NCBI GenBank assembly: GCA_963805085.1
Contig: CAWDTA010000005.1
Span: forward strand, 576,001 to 640,000
Direction: 5' to 3'
Source of the DNA: an uncultured Veillonellaceae bacterium
GTDB taxonomy: Bacteria; Bacillota; Negativicutes; JARBTT01
DNA: 64,000 bases
In this document: in pieces, positions 31,338 to 41,899 of the stretch
Numbering within the stretch: position 1 is the stretch's first letter
Layout of the letters: each line of letters starts with the position of its first letter
The notes under the pieces: model-generated
The model's input: only the letters and a program-made list of their open reading frames with translations
What the model was told of the DNA's origin: nothing
Databases searched by the model: none
Made by a program: the position numbers and the translations under genes

Positions 31338-31366
31338 TTAATTTTTGTAAAATGGGGGATTCTACG

Positions 31367-31933
31367 TTGATTATTTTAGCTTCCTCATCGCCAAGAAGGC
31401 AAGAACTATTAAATCAAATTGGATGCAAATTTAATGTTGTACCAAGTGGGGCTGAAGAGGATAATAGTAAAGCGTTTCCACCAGAACAATTAGTAATAAA
31501 TAATGCTGTAGCGAAAGCTCAAGATGTAGCTGATAAGCTAGCTGGCAATGATGTCATCATTGGAGCAGATACTATAGTAGTGATGAATGATGAAGTTTAT
31601 GGCAAACCAGTAAATGTGGCAGATGCAAAACGAATGTTATCAAGTTTATCTGGTAATGTGCATACAGTTTATACAGGGATAGCTTTGATAAAAGGTAATA
31701 CGGTTTGGCGTGATTTCGAAAAGACAACTGTAAAACTAAGCAAGTTAACAAGTGAAGAGATTGACAAGTATATAGCGACCGGAGAACCGATGGATAAGGC
31801 AGGTGCGTATGCAATTCAAGGGCTTGCTACTGTGTTTATTGAAGAAATTCAAGGGTGTTATACAAATGTTGTCGGATTGCCTCTAAACAAATTAGCAAAT
31901 CTTTGTAAGAAAGCTGGTATCAATCTGCTATGA
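31367..31933 (+). CDS. maf: Maf nucleotide pyrophosphatase
   Basis: ILASSSPRR, GADT, GKP, DKAGAY, NVVGLP. Confidence 0.94.
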   Translation: MIILASSSPRRQELLNQIGCKFNVVPSGAEEDNSKAFPPEQLVINNAVAKAQDVADKLAGNDVIIGADTIVVMNDEVYGKPVNVADAKRMLSSLSGNVHTVYTGIALIKGNTVWRDFEKTTVKLSKLTSEEIDKYIATGEPMDKAGAYAIQGLATVFIEEIQGCYTNVVGLPLNKLANLCKKAGINLL

Positions 31934-32640
31934 CTTTAACGAAACATCTCATGTTGAAGGACTTACCAAAAGAGGAAAGACCACGGGAGAAGTTACTCAC
32001 AAGAGGTGTGCAAGCGTTAAGTAATGCAGAATTGTTAGCAATATTACTCAGAACAGGGACAAAAGAAGATTCCGTTATGCGTGTGGCAGAAAAATTATTG
32101 AGTGAGTACCAAGCAAACGGACTTGCTTCGATTGCCAATTTGGCACCAAGCGATTTTAGTAAAATCAAAGGTATTGGTATGGTCAAGGCAATCACAGTTA
32201 TTGCCGCCATGGAACTTGGCAAACGATTGGCAACCAATCCTACGAATGAACGGTATGTGGTTCACTCACCCAAAGATGTTGCGGATTATATGATGGCGAG
32301 ACTTCGGTATGAGAATAAAGAATTTTTTATTAGCATGCTGCTTAATACGAAAAATCAAGTATTAGCCACGCCGACGATATCGGTGGGTAGCCTTACTGCA
32401 TCGATTGTACATCCGCGAGAAATTTTTCGTGAAGCGATTCATTATGCCGCTGCTGTGATTATTCTGATTCATAATCATCCAAGTGGTGATCCAAGTCCAA
32501 GCAAAGAAGATTTATTTGTTACTGAAAAATTAATAAAAGCTGGTAAGCTGATGGATATAGCTGTGTTAGATCATGTGATTATCGGTGATAATAAGTATAT
32601 TAGTTTGAAAGAAAATGGCATGATAGATTCATTTTCATAA
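31930..32640 (+). CDS. radC: RadC (JAB domain) protein
   Basis: [30 protein letters not shown]. Confidence 0.94.
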   Translation: MTLTKHLMLKDLPKEERPREKLLTRGVQALSNAELLAILLRTGTKEDSVMRVAEKLLSEYQANGLASIANLAPSDFSKIKGIGMVKAITVIAAMELGKRLATNPTNERYVVHSPKDVADYMMARLRYENKEFFISMLLNTKNQVLATPTISVGSLTASIVHPREIFREAIHYAAAVIILIHNHPSGDPSPSKEDLFVTEKLIKAGKLMDIAVLDHVIIGDNKYISLKENGMIDSFS

Positions 32641-32678
32641 GATATTTTTGTTTAAATTTGAAGGGAGTTATTTTTAGT

Positions 32679-33713
32679 ATGTGGAATATTTTCGGCGGGT
32701 TATCGCATGATATGGGGATCGATCTTGGTACTGCAAATACATTAGTACATGTAAAGGGGAAAGGGATTGTTATTCGTGAGCCATCGGTAGTAGCGATTCA
32801 ACGGGATACGGGTGAAGTGCTCGCGGTTGGTGAAGAAGCGAAACAAATGATTGGTCGTACACCTGGTAATATCGTAGCGGTTAGACCGCTAAAAGGCGGG
32901 GTTATTGCTGATTTTGATGTTACACAGGCGATGTTAAAATATTTTATTGCTAAAGCAATGAATACAAAATCCTTTGTAAGACCACGTCTGGTGGTTGGTG
33001 TGCCATCGGGTATTACTGAAGTAGAAAAAAGAGCAGTTATTGATGCTTCGATTCAAGCTGGCGCTAGGGAAGCTTATTTGATCGAAGAACCAATGGCGGC
33101 GGCAATTGGCGCAGGACTGCCTGTACATGAACCAACCGGTAATATGGTTGTTGATATTGGCGGTGGTACAACGGAGATTGCCGTGATTTCTTTAGGTGGC
33201 ATCGTAACAAGTCGTTCTATTCGTATCGGTGGCGATGAAATGGATGATTCCATTGTGCAATATATCAAACGTACGTATAACTTGATGATTGGTGAACGTA
33301 CTGCGGAAGCTATTAAAATCAATATTGGTTCGGCAATTGTACCAGCGGGTGATCCAGAGATGGATATTCGTGGACGTGGCCTTGTGAGTGGACTTCCTAA
33401 AACAATTACGATAAGAGCAAGTGAAATTAGAGAAGCCTTAAAAGACCCAGTACAAAAAATTATTGATGCTGTAAAAAGCACCTTGGAAAAAACGCCACCA
33501 GAGCTTGCAGCTGATGTTATGGATCATGGGATCATGATGACCGGCGGCGGGGCGTTACTTCATGATTTAGATATACTTCTTAGTAAAGAAACAGGTATGC
33601 CTGTACACGTTGCTGAAGATGCTTTATCTTGTGTTGGTGAGGGAACGGGTAAATCGCTCGAAAGTATTGAGCTTTTAAAACGTATTGCGATGAACTCTAA
33701 AAAGTTAAGATAA
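32679..33713 (+). CDS. mreB: Rod-shape actin homologue MreB
   Basis: [32 protein letters not shown]. Confidence 0.96.
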   Translation: MWNIFGGLSHDMGIDLGTANTLVHVKGKGIVIREPSVVAIQRDTGEVLAVGEEAKQMIGRTPGNIVAVRPLKGGVIADFDVTQAMLKYFIAKAMNTKSFVRPRLVVGVPSGITEVEKRAVIDASIQAGAREAYLIEEPMAAAIGAGLPVHEPTGNMVVDIGGGTTEIAVISLGGIVTSRSIRIGGDEMDDSIVQYIKRTYNLMIGERTAEAIKINIGSAIVPAGDPEMDIRGRGLVSGLPKTITIRASEIREALKDPVQKIIDAVKSTLEKTPPELAADVMDHGIMMTGGGALLHDLDILLSKETGMPVHVAEDALSCVGEGTGKSLESIELLKRIAMNSKKLR

Positions 33714-34642
33714 TGAGTAGAGTACGGAGAGAACCAGGTTCAAATAAAAAAATATATGTATTAGTTGCAACTTTTACACTTGTTATTCTTTTAATTTTTG
33801 GAGCGGCAAAGGGAAAATATCAATTGCCGCTCAGTGAAAAAATTACGATGACGATATTAGCACCTTTTCAAGGCATCATGAATAGCGTAAGTAATGGGGT
33901 TCGCCAAAGCATGACTAATGTCTGGGAAATTATTACAGTTTACCAACAAAATAAAATGCTTAAGTCAGAGGTAGAGCAATTAAGAGAAATGCAGGTAAAT
34001 ACTACTGAAATTATAGCTGAAAACGATCGGTTGCGTCATATCCTTGATTATAAACAAAGTGCGCTTCAATTTGATTTAGTGGCGGCAAGAGTAATCGCGC
34101 GTGATCCTAGTAACTGGACGAGTACGATTGTGATTAATCGTGGTACGGATGATGGAATTACCAAAGATATGGCTGTCGTTACTCCACAAGGCCTTGTGGG
34201 AAATGTAGTGAGTGTAGTTAAAAATTCTGCAAGAGTACAATTGATTTTAGATCGACGCAATTCGGTTGGTGGTTTGGTGCAAAGACCAGAATCAAGGGTT
34301 GCCGGGATTATCGCTGGCGATAATAATAATCAGATGATGGTTCGGATGGTAAATATTCCACGAGACGCTGATATAGTGGAAGGTGACCAAATCGTAACAT
34401 CAGGTTTTGGTGGAATTTATCCCAAGGGAATTTCACTTGGTGAAGTTGCAAACATCGTCAATGATGATGGAGGCTTACTAAAGTATGCCGTATTGAAACC
34501 GTCCGTGGATTTTCAGAGGATAGAAGAGGTTTCGGTTATTGTGACATCACGGGAAGCGCCACCAGCGCCAATCACTCAACCGCCGATAGTGCCTGCAGAG
34601 GATAAGAATACTGTAAATAAAAATGCAGGAGGTTCCAAATGA
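33713..34642 (+). CDS. mreC: Rod-shape protein MreC
   Basis: N-terminal TM, coiled coil ENDRLR, TSGFGGIYPKGI; synteny. Confidence 0.92.
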   Translation: MSRVRREPGSNKKIYVLVATFTLVILLIFGAAKGKYQLPLSEKITMTILAPFQGIMNSVSNGVRQSMTNVWEIITVYQQNKMLKSEVEQLREMQVNTTEIIAENDRLRHILDYKQSALQFDLVAARVIARDPSNWTSTIVINRGTDDGITKDMAVVTPQGLVGNVVSVVKNSARVQLILDRRNSVGGLVQRPESRVAGIIAGDNNNQMMVRMVNIPRDADIVEGDQIVTSGFGGIYPKGISLGEVANIVNDDGGLLKYAVLKPSVDFQRIEEVSVIVTSREAPPAPITQPPIVPAEDKNTVNKNAGGSK

Positions 34643-35127
34643 AGCCAGGTATAGTATGGAGCGCTGTACTCATTATTTCTATAATATTGCAGTCTACTTT
34701 GCTTGCAGAAATTAATTATAATGGAATTCATGCGGATTTGTTATTGACTGTGGTGGTATCATCTAGTTTGTTGTTAGGCAAGGAACATGGTGTCGTGATT
34801 GGATTTTTTGCTGGTTTATTACAGGACTTGGCATCGGGAACGTTTGTTGGCATGAATATTTTGTCGAAAATGTTAATTGGTTATGTTTTTGGTATGGCCG
34901 AACAAAAAGTTTTTAAAGAACATTTTTTATTACCGATTATATCAGTTTCAATTGCTACGATAGGGAATAGTTTCATAACTGCAATAATTATGTTATTATT
35001 AGGATATAGGTTTGACTTATTAAATAATATGATTTATATGATGATTCCTTTATTGGTTTATAATTTCATTCTAGCTTTCCCAGTACATAAACTAATTTAT
35101 CGGATTCATATCTTGTTGAAAGAATAA
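34639..35127 (+). CDS. mreD: Rod-shape protein MreD
   Basis: Hydrophobic, GFFAGLLQD; synteny. Confidence 0.88.
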   Translation: MKPGIVWSAVLIISIILQSTLLAEINYNGIHADLLLTVVVSSSLLLGKEHGVVIGFFAGLLQDLASGTFVGMNILSKMLIGYVFGMAEQKVFKEHFLLPIISVSIATIGNSFITAIIMLLLGYRFDLLNNMIYMMIPLLVYNFILAFPVHKLIYRIHILLKE

Positions 35128-35184
35128 ATCAAGAATTAAGGCACCTATTTTAAGGTGCCTTAATTCTTGATTATAGGAGAGATT

Positions 35185-36984
35185 GTGGTGACAACAAATA
35201 AATTTAGAGTGCGTTTAGAAACATTGTCTATTATCGTAATACTAGTCATGTTGACATTGATTTCTAGACTTGGCTATTTGCAGGTTTTAGAAGGAGACTA
35301 CTATAGTCGTTTGGCTGATGGTAATCGCATAAGACTGATTCCTGCTATGGCACCACGTGGCCTTTTCTATGATAGAAATGGGGCCCTTTTGGTATCGAAT
35401 AGACCAGGCTTTACAGTGTCGTTACTTTCACTTGTAGGACCTGTTTCTGATGATGTAGTTGCGCGATTAGCGAACTTGTTAAAGATGAGCAAGGAAGATA
35501 TTTATAATAAAATAAGCCAACATACAGGCTTTGATCCGATTCATATCAAGAGTGATGTTGGGCCAGAAATCATTACCGTATTAGAAGAAAAAAAGGATGA
35601 TTATCCTGGTGTTGTTGTTGAGATTCAGCCAATTAGAAATTATATAAATATGGAACTAGGGGCACATATTTTTGGTTATGTAAGTGAAATCAATGATACA
35701 GAACTCGAAGCGCGTAAAGGAGAAGGTTATAAAGCCAGCGATATTATTGGTAAATTTGGCCTTGAAAAAGTCTATGACAAAGAATTACGTGGCATTGATG
35801 GCGGTGGACAAGTTGAGGTTGATGTTACTGGTAAGCCAGTACAAATCTTAGGAAAAAAAGAGCCAGTTCCGGGGTGTAATTTAACGCTTACAATTGATGA
35901 AAATATTCAGAAGGCGGCAGAAAAGGCAATCGACGAGCAACTTGCTTATTTGCAAGCAAAAACAGAATATAAGAAAGCAAAAGCTGCTGCTGCAGTGGTG
36001 ATGAATCCGAAAACTGGTGAGATACTTGCGATGGTAAGTAGGCCAGCATTTAATCCAAATTTATTTGGCGGTGGTATTTCAAACAAAGATTGGGATCTGA
36101 TTAATAATAACCCCTATCATCCGCTGGATAATAAAGTGATTTCGGGGGAATATCCGCCAGGGTCTACCTTTAAAGTTGTTACTGGATCAGCAGCGCTTGA
36201 AGAAAATAAAGTAACACCAGAAGAAAAAATATTGGATACAGGAAAACATTGGATTATACCTAAAGTAAATGCTGATGGAGAAGCACTTGGCTGGATTGAT
36301 TTTAGAGTAGCTTTAGCGAAATCGGATAACGTTTATTTCTATGAAATGGGCAATCGCTTGGGTATTGATTTGATGGAGAAATATGCTAGGATGTTTGGCT
36401 TAGGAGCTGTAACAGGCATTAATTTGCCGTATGAAACTGATGGACTAGTGGCAAACCGTCGTTATAAAGAGAAAGTATACAAGGAAGATTGGTATTTATC
36501 TGAAACCTTTGATGCGGCAATTGGACAAGGGTTCCAGCTAGTAACACCACTTCAGATTGCTGAGGTATATAGTCAAATAGCCAATGGCGGTACACGGTAT
36601 CGGCCTTATTTAGTGAGTCAAATTACTGCGCCGGACGGCACACCTATTCAAAAGTTTTCCCCGGAAAAAATGGGTGACTTGGGTATTTCAAAGCGTACGA
36701 TGGATGTCATTCGTGATTCTTTGCGAAATGTAGCCTTGGAAGGTGGGACGGCTGGGGAGGTATTTAAAAATTTCCCAGTTGCAATTGCAGGTAAAACAGG
36801 TACTGCAGAAAATCCCCATGGTAGTGATCATGGCTGGTTCGTTGGGTATGGACCGTATGAAAATCCAGAGTATGTTGTAGTAGTCGTTGTTGAACAAGGC
36901 GGTTATGGTGCTACTTCAGCAGTGCCAATTGGCAAGAAGATATTAGAAGCGGCATTTCACATTGAGACACCTACTAAAGAATGA
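35185..36984 (+). CDS. mrdA: Penicillin-binding protein 2
   Basis: RG..YDRNG, PGSTFK (SxxK), SDN, KTGTAE. Confidence 0.94.
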   Translation: MVTTNKFRVRLETLSIIVILVMLTLISRLGYLQVLEGDYYSRLADGNRIRLIPAMAPRGLFYDRNGALLVSNRPGFTVSLLSLVGPVSDDVVARLANLLKMSKEDIYNKISQHTGFDPIHIKSDVGPEIITVLEEKKDDYPGVVVEIQPIRNYINMELGAHIFGYVSEINDTELEARKGEGYKASDIIGKFGLEKVYDKELRGIDGGGQVEVDVTGKPVQILGKKEPVPGCNLTLTIDENIQKAAEKAIDEQLAYLQAKTEYKKAKAAAAVVMNPKTGEILAMVSRPAFNPNLFGGGISNKDWDLINNNPYHPLDNKVISGEYPPGSTFKVVTGSAALEENKVTPEEKILDTGKHWIIPKVNADGEALGWIDFRVALAKSDNVYFYEMGNRLGIDLMEKYARMFGLGAVTGINLPYETDGLVANRRYKEKVYKEDWYLSETFDAAIGQGFQLVTPLQIAEVYSQIANGGTRYRPYLVSQITAPDGTPIQKFSPEKMGDLGISKRTMDVIRDSLRNVALEGGTAGEVFKNFPVAIAGKTGTAENPHGSDHGWFVGYGPYENPEYVVVVVVEQGGYGATSAVPIGKKILEAAFHIETPTKE

Positions 36985-37097
36985 CCAGGACTAAAGTAGT
37001 AAATATGATAATTTATTTTATATAAGCAGGAGTATGGAAAGAAAAGGCGAAATTAGCTATATTATTGACATACTACGCATGTAAAGTAGGAGTAATT

Positions 37098-37727
37098 ATG
37101 AGCGAAGATGTTGTATTTAAGGGTAGTCGTTCTGGACTACAGTTAATATTTGATGAAACAGTAGACTTTACTAGTATTCTAAAGCAGTTAAAGACAAAGT
37201 TAGAATCGGCAATTGATTTTTTTGGTAAAGGGACGATTGTAAATGTTGCTATCGATAAAATAACCAAAGAACAGGAAACAGAGTTGTCTATACTGTTTCA
37301 ACGGTATGGATTAACTTTAAAAGCGATTGATACGTCCTTGCCAAAAGTGAGTGAATTAAAATCAGAAGAGGCAGCCGTAGAAGCTTCAAAGGAAATCACC
37401 ATTATTGAAAGAACAGTGCGTGGTGGACAAGAGATTATTAGTAATGGCTCCGTTGTTATTTTAGGAAATGTGAATCCTGGGGCAAAAATTATTGCTGGTG
37501 GTAATATTGATATTAAGGGAACTTGTCGTGGTCTTGTTCATGCAGGCGCATTTGGTGATTTAACGGCAACCATTACTGCTGATAAAATGCTGGCAATGCA
37601 AATCCGTATTGCTGACTTAATCGCTAGAGCGCCAGATAATTTAGAAACGGTAGACACCACAGAGTGCGCACGGATAAAAAATGGAAATATTGTTATTGAG
37701 ACGGTGAATAGACAGGAGGTTTGCTAG
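37098..37727 (+). CDS. minC: Septum site protein MinC
   Basis: KGSRSGL, TVRGGQ, GNVNPGA, VHAG. Confidence 0.92.
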   Translation: MSEDVVFKGSRSGLQLIFDETVDFTSILKQLKTKLESAIDFFGKGTIVNVAIDKITKEQETELSILFQRYGLTLKAIDTSLPKVSELKSEEAAVEASKEITIIERTVRGGQEIISNGSVVILGNVNPGAKIIAGGNIDIKGTCRGLVHAGAFGDLTATITADKMLAMQIRIADLIARAPDNLETVDTTECARIKNGNIVIETVNRQEVC

Positions 37728-37730
37728 CTA

Positions 37731-38519
37731 ATGAGTGAAATTATTGTTGTTACATCAGGCAAAGGTGGAGTTGGTAAGACTACCACAACTGCAAACTTAG
37801 GTGTTGGCTTTGCGGCAAGAGGAAAAAAAGTTGTCTTAATTGATACTGACACTGGTCTTAGAAATTTAGATTTGCTCCTAGGATTGGAAAACCGTATCAT
37901 GTACGATTTGATTGATGTTACGGAAGGTCGGGTTCCCTATAAAAAAGCGCTTGTTCGTCATAAGCGTCATGAATCCTTATATTTATTACCAACCTCGCAA
38001 ACCAAAGATAAATCGGCAGTCAATTCACAACAAATGAATAGCTTATGTAATGAACTGATTAAAGATTTTGATTATGTTATTATCGATTGTCCGGCTGGCA
38101 TTGAACAAGGTTTTCAAACAGCAATTTCAGCGGCCAACACAGCTGTCGTTGTTACCATTCCAGAAATATCCGCAGTTCGTGATGCAGATAAGATTATTGG
38201 TGAATTAGGTAGAGCGGAAAAAGATAACATTAAATTAATCGTAAATCGTATTCGCCCTGATATGGTAAAAAAAGGTGATATGTTAACGATGGATGATATT
38301 GATGAGATCCTTTCGATCGATTGTATTGGGCAAATTCCTGATGATGAATTGGTAGTTACATCGACAAATCGTGGGGAACCAGTCATTACAAATCCTGTTT
38401 CATCGGCAGGAAAAGCTTATAAAAATATCGTTGGCCGTTTATGTGGCGAAAATATTCCATTTATGGAAATTGTTCCTGAAGGTTTCTTTGATAAAGTTAA
38501 AAAAATATTTAAAATGTGA
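37731..38519 (+). CDS. minD: Septum site ATPase MinD
   Basis: SGKGGVGKTT, GLRNLD, DCPAGIE, amphipathic C-terminus. Confidence 0.96.
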   Translation: MSEIIVVTSGKGGVGKTTTTANLGVGFAARGKKVVLIDTDTGLRNLDLLLGLENRIMYDLIDVTEGRVPYKKALVRHKRHESLYLLPTSQTKDKSAVNSQQMNSLCNELIKDFDYVIIDCPAGIEQGFQTAISAANTAVVVTIPEISAVRDADKIIGELGRAEKDNIKLIVNRIRPDMVKKGDMLTMDDIDEILSIDCIGQIPDDELVVTSTNRGEPVITNPVSSAGKAYKNIVGRLCGENIPFMEIVPEGFFDKVKKIFKM

Positions 38520-38533
38520 AGGGGGTACTAAGT

Positions 38534-38812
38534 GTGTTAGATGCAATTATGAAAATTTTTGGAAAAGAATCAAAATCGTCTAAAGATATAGCGAGAGACC
38601 GTCTACGCTTAGTATTGGTACATGATCGCGCAAACATTTCACCGCAATTGATGGAAGTATTGAAAGATGATATGATTAAAGTAATTTCAAATTATATGGA
38701 AATTAATGAGCGTGATATGGAAGTGTCATTTACAAATGATAATTCTTCTGTTGCATTGGTCGCCAATATTCCGATAGAACGGATGAAACATAGCGCCGAG
38801 TTTAAGAGATAA
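38534..38812 (+). CDS. minE: Cell division topological specificity factor MinE
   Basis: ARDRLRLVLVHDR, ALVANIP. Confidence 0.93.
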   Translation: MLDAIMKIFGKESKSSKDIARDRLRLVLVHDRANISPQLMEVLKDDMIKVISNYMEINERDMEVSFTNDNSSVALVANIPIERMKHSAEFKR

Positions 38813-38954
38813 TGAAAAGCACAAATGATTTGTGCTTTTTTTGTAAATATTTTTTCTGGTAGTACTTCTCTCTTGTATATGATTTTCGGAAATGATATTA
38901 TAATACTTAGACGTTTTAGAGATTTTACTAGGTGATGGAAGGTAATGGAAGTAA

Positions 38955-40061
38955 ATGCTGAGTAATAGATTAATACGAAAATTAGATTTTACATTAATTG
39001 CAGCAGTTGTGGGGATTGTTGTAGTTAGTTTGATTATTATCGGAAGTGCAACACATATAAATACGCCAAGTGACGAACGGTATTGGTTCGTACAAAGACA
39101 GGGGATTTTCGCAATTGTTAATTGTGCTCTCGTTTTTTTTATGTTGCATTTTGATTATAAAATATTGCAAAGGTATGGTAATGCACTCTATATCTTCAAT
39201 CTCGTCATGTTGGTGGCTGTAATGGTGTTAGGGCAGAGTGCATTGGGGGCACAAAGGTGGATTCAGATTGGGCCGATTACGTTGCAACCATCGGAATTTT
39301 CGAAAATTATTATGATTATATCACTGGCGACGATGCTTGATAAACGTATGGGAAAGCTTAACACTTTTAAAGATTTATTACCAGTGGCTGCATATGTTGG
39401 TTTGCCGTTTTTACTCGTTATGAAGCAACCAGATCTGGGAACTGCTTTGGTATTTATGGCAATCTTCTTTGGGATGATTTTTGCAGCAGGAGTAAATTTG
39501 CGATTGCTGCTGATTATTTTTGGCGCAGGACTCGCTTGTATGCCAATTTTCTGGCACTTCATGAAAGATTATCAGAAGATGCGGATTATGGTATTTATGG
39601 ATCCAAATGTTGATCCCTTAGGTTCTGGCTATCACATTATCCAGTCTAAGATTGCAATCGGCTCGGGAATGTTATTTGGTAAGGGGTTATTCGGTGGTAC
39701 GCAAAGTCAATTAAATTTTTTGCCGGAAAATCATACAGACTTTATTTTTGCCGTTATTGGTGAAGAACTTGGCTTTATTGGGGCTACTTTTATACTGATC
39801 TTATATTTCATCATGCTCTATCGTGGCACAAAAATTGCGAATGAAGCGCGTGATAATTTTGGCGCACTACTTGCCGTTGGCATTACGTCAATGTTAACGT
39901 TCCATGTTTTAGTGAATGTCGGAATGACGGCAGGTATTATGCCTGTTACGGGGATTCCATTACCGTTGATGAGCTATGGGGTTAGTTCATTAACCACGAA
40001 CTTGGTTGCCGTTGGGATATTACTCAATATTTATATGCGAAGACAAAAAATTATGTTTTAA
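38955..40061 (+). CDS. rodA: SEDS glycosyltransferase RodA
   Basis: QPSEFSK, QPDLGT, PENHTDFIF, TGIPLPLMSYG. Confidence 0.93.
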   Translation: MLSNRLIRKLDFTLIAAVVGIVVVSLIIIGSATHINTPSDERYWFVQRQGIFAIVNCALVFFMLHFDYKILQRYGNALYIFNLVMLVAVMVLGQSALGAQRWIQIGPITLQPSEFSKIIMIISLATMLDKRMGKLNTFKDLLPVAAYVGLPFLLVMKQPDLGTALVFMAIFFGMIFAAGVNLRLLLIIFGAGLACMPIFWHFMKDYQKMRIMVFMDPNVDPLGSGYHIIQSKIAIGSGMLFGKGLFGGTQSQLNFLPENHTDFIFAVIGEELGFIGATFILILYFIMLYRGTKIANEARDNFGALLAVGITSMLTFHVLVNVGMTAGIMPVTGIPLPLMSYGVSSLTTNLVAVGILLNIYMRRQKIMF

Positions 40062-40176
40062 AATGGGGCTGTTACAAAGACGAACTTTTAAAGTTTACCT
40101 TGTAGCAGCTCTTTTTCTATGCCTGCTAGTATATTTATTTTGTTTTGGCATATACCTTAGTACGGGAGGCGATGGT

Positions 40177-40878
40177 ATGCCGAAAAAGTGGAATCAGTGG
40201 AAAAGTTATTTCGAAAAAGAGGATACTTGGCAATATGATTTTGAAGAGCGAAAAATAGATTATTCTGAAGTGAAAAAATTATTGATTTGTGTGGTTTTAT
40301 TTGTTCTTTTGTATGGTGTGCATGTATCAGGAACGCGTGTGGGTTTGATGGTTGACGATGGAATTCGTTATATGCTAACCACAAAAACTGATTTTGTCGT
40401 TTTAGGGCAGCAATTAGAGCCTTATATTCCCAAGAGTTTTGATCGGGAAATGCTGCAAAAAGTTAAAAGCGTAGTCGCTCAGCCTGCGGATCCGCTTAGT
40501 TATATGAGCATGCCAATCCACGGCGAGGTTGTGACTGTATTTGGGCAAGACTGTGATGGTGTAGAGTATAAGGTCGATGCCGGTTCACAGATTAAGGCCG
40601 TAAGTATTGGTCGGGTGAAAGCGGTGACGAATCATGCTAAGTACGGTAAATTATTGATTGTTGAACATGGTCAATCACTAGAAACAGTTTATGGTTATTT
40701 AGATGAAGTTTTTGTAAAAGAAGGTGATCGCGTAAGTCAAGGGCAAACGATCGCTAAAAGTGGTAAAAAACCAGCAGACAACAAACCGATGTTTTATTTT
40801 GAACTGCGTGAAAAGAGTGTAGCAGTTGATCCGTTAACGAGAATCAAAGGTGATTTCCCGACGCAAGGAGGGACTTGA
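40177..40878 (+). CDS. M23 peptidase-like protein (SpoIVFA-like)
   Basis: ATG after GGAGG; one TM then M23-like fold apparently lacking the metal-binding His residues; paired with M50 gene; SigE-like TATATT...CATATACC upstream. Confidence 0.72.
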   Translation: MPKKWNQWKSYFEKEDTWQYDFEERKIDYSEVKKLLICVVLFVLLYGVHVSGTRVGLMVDDGIRYMLTTKTDFVVLGQQLEPYIPKSFDREMLQKVKSVVAQPADPLSYMSMPIHGEVVTVFGQDCDGVEYKVDAGSQIKAVSIGRVKAVTNHAKYGKLLIVEHGQSLETVYGYLDEVFVKEGDRVSQGQTIAKSGKKPADNKPMFYFELREKSVAVDPLTRIKGDFPTQGGT

Positions 40879-41754
40879 TTGCGTCTATGTACGGTCGGCG
40901 GTATTGCTTTTTGCATGAATAAGTGGTTTTTCCTTGTAATTGCAGTGTTTTTTTTGCTGCATTTATGGTATCAGGTAGGTATTGTTTTTTTATCGATATT
41001 GATCCATGAAATAGCACATGCTTTAGTAGCGCTCAAAAGAAATTATTGTGTTCGAGAAATTGAATTATTGCCCTTTGGTGGTGTGGCGCGAATAGAAGGG
41101 CTAGCCGAGGCCGGGTTACTAGATGCTATTTTGATTGCTGGTGCAGGACCATTGGTTAGTTTGTCGATTGTATTGATTTTATATTTTTATCAAATGGATG
41201 AGAGTTATTATTTTCGTTTTATTGCTGAAGTAAATGTTATGTTAGTTACCTTAAATCTATTACCAGCTTTGCCACTGGATGGTGGCCGCATATTACAGGC
41301 AATATTAACAAAAAACATGGAGCATAAAAAATCTTTGCATATTATGGTGAACATTAGTTATGGGATTGCATTTCTCATGATTGGAAAGGCTATATATGAT
41401 TATATGTATGACTATAAGATCAATATATCGTTATTTATCATTGCCAGCTTTCTCGTAAGTACGGCGAGAGCTGAAGTAAGAAAAATATCTTTTCGTACTG
41501 TTCGGATTATGATGAGAAAAAAAGAAGCGCTTATGCGTCGTGGTTTGATGCTGACAAGGCAATATATTGTTTTAAAAAAAACACCGGTTAGGGAATTGAT
41601 TCAACGATTAGAAACGGAACGTTATGGTATTATCCTTGTATTAGATGATACTGCGCAAGTTTGCACGATATTGACAGAATTTCAATTATGGGATAAATTA
41701 TCCCAGCAAGATTATAAGGTTTCTTTTGGGGATATTATTGAACGGATTGGATGA
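40879..41754 (+). CDS. M50 intramembrane metalloprotease (SpoIVFB-like)
   Basis: HEIAH, LLPFGG, AGP, NLLPALPLDGG. Confidence 0.85.
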   Translation: MRLCTVGGIAFCMNKWFFLVIAVFFLLHLWYQVGIVFLSILIHEIAHALVALKRNYCVREIELLPFGGVARIEGLAEAGLLDAILIAGAGPLVSLSIVLILYFYQMDESYYFRFIAEVNVMLVTLNLLPALPLDGGRILQAILTKNMEHKKSLHIMVNISYGIAFLMIGKAIYDYMYDYKINISLFIIASFLVSTARAEVRKISFRTVRIMMRKKEALMRRGLMLTRQYIVLKKTPVRELIQRLETERYGIILVLDDTAQVCTILTEFQLWDKLSQQDYKVSFGDIIERIG

Positions 41755-41899
41755 ATTCATTCTGCTATCTATAAGAAATGCAGGGATTTGGTTTATTTTG
41801 TAGAATTTTATAAAGTTATAGAGTAAAGAGTTGAACTATTTTAATAAAACTATAGATCAACTGATTGTATATTAAATTTTGGAGGATGATTAATTTATA

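Noticed and set aside
31930-32640. radC as a marker of a mobile element
   Set aside because: Full-length form in the normal maf-radC-mreBCD context.
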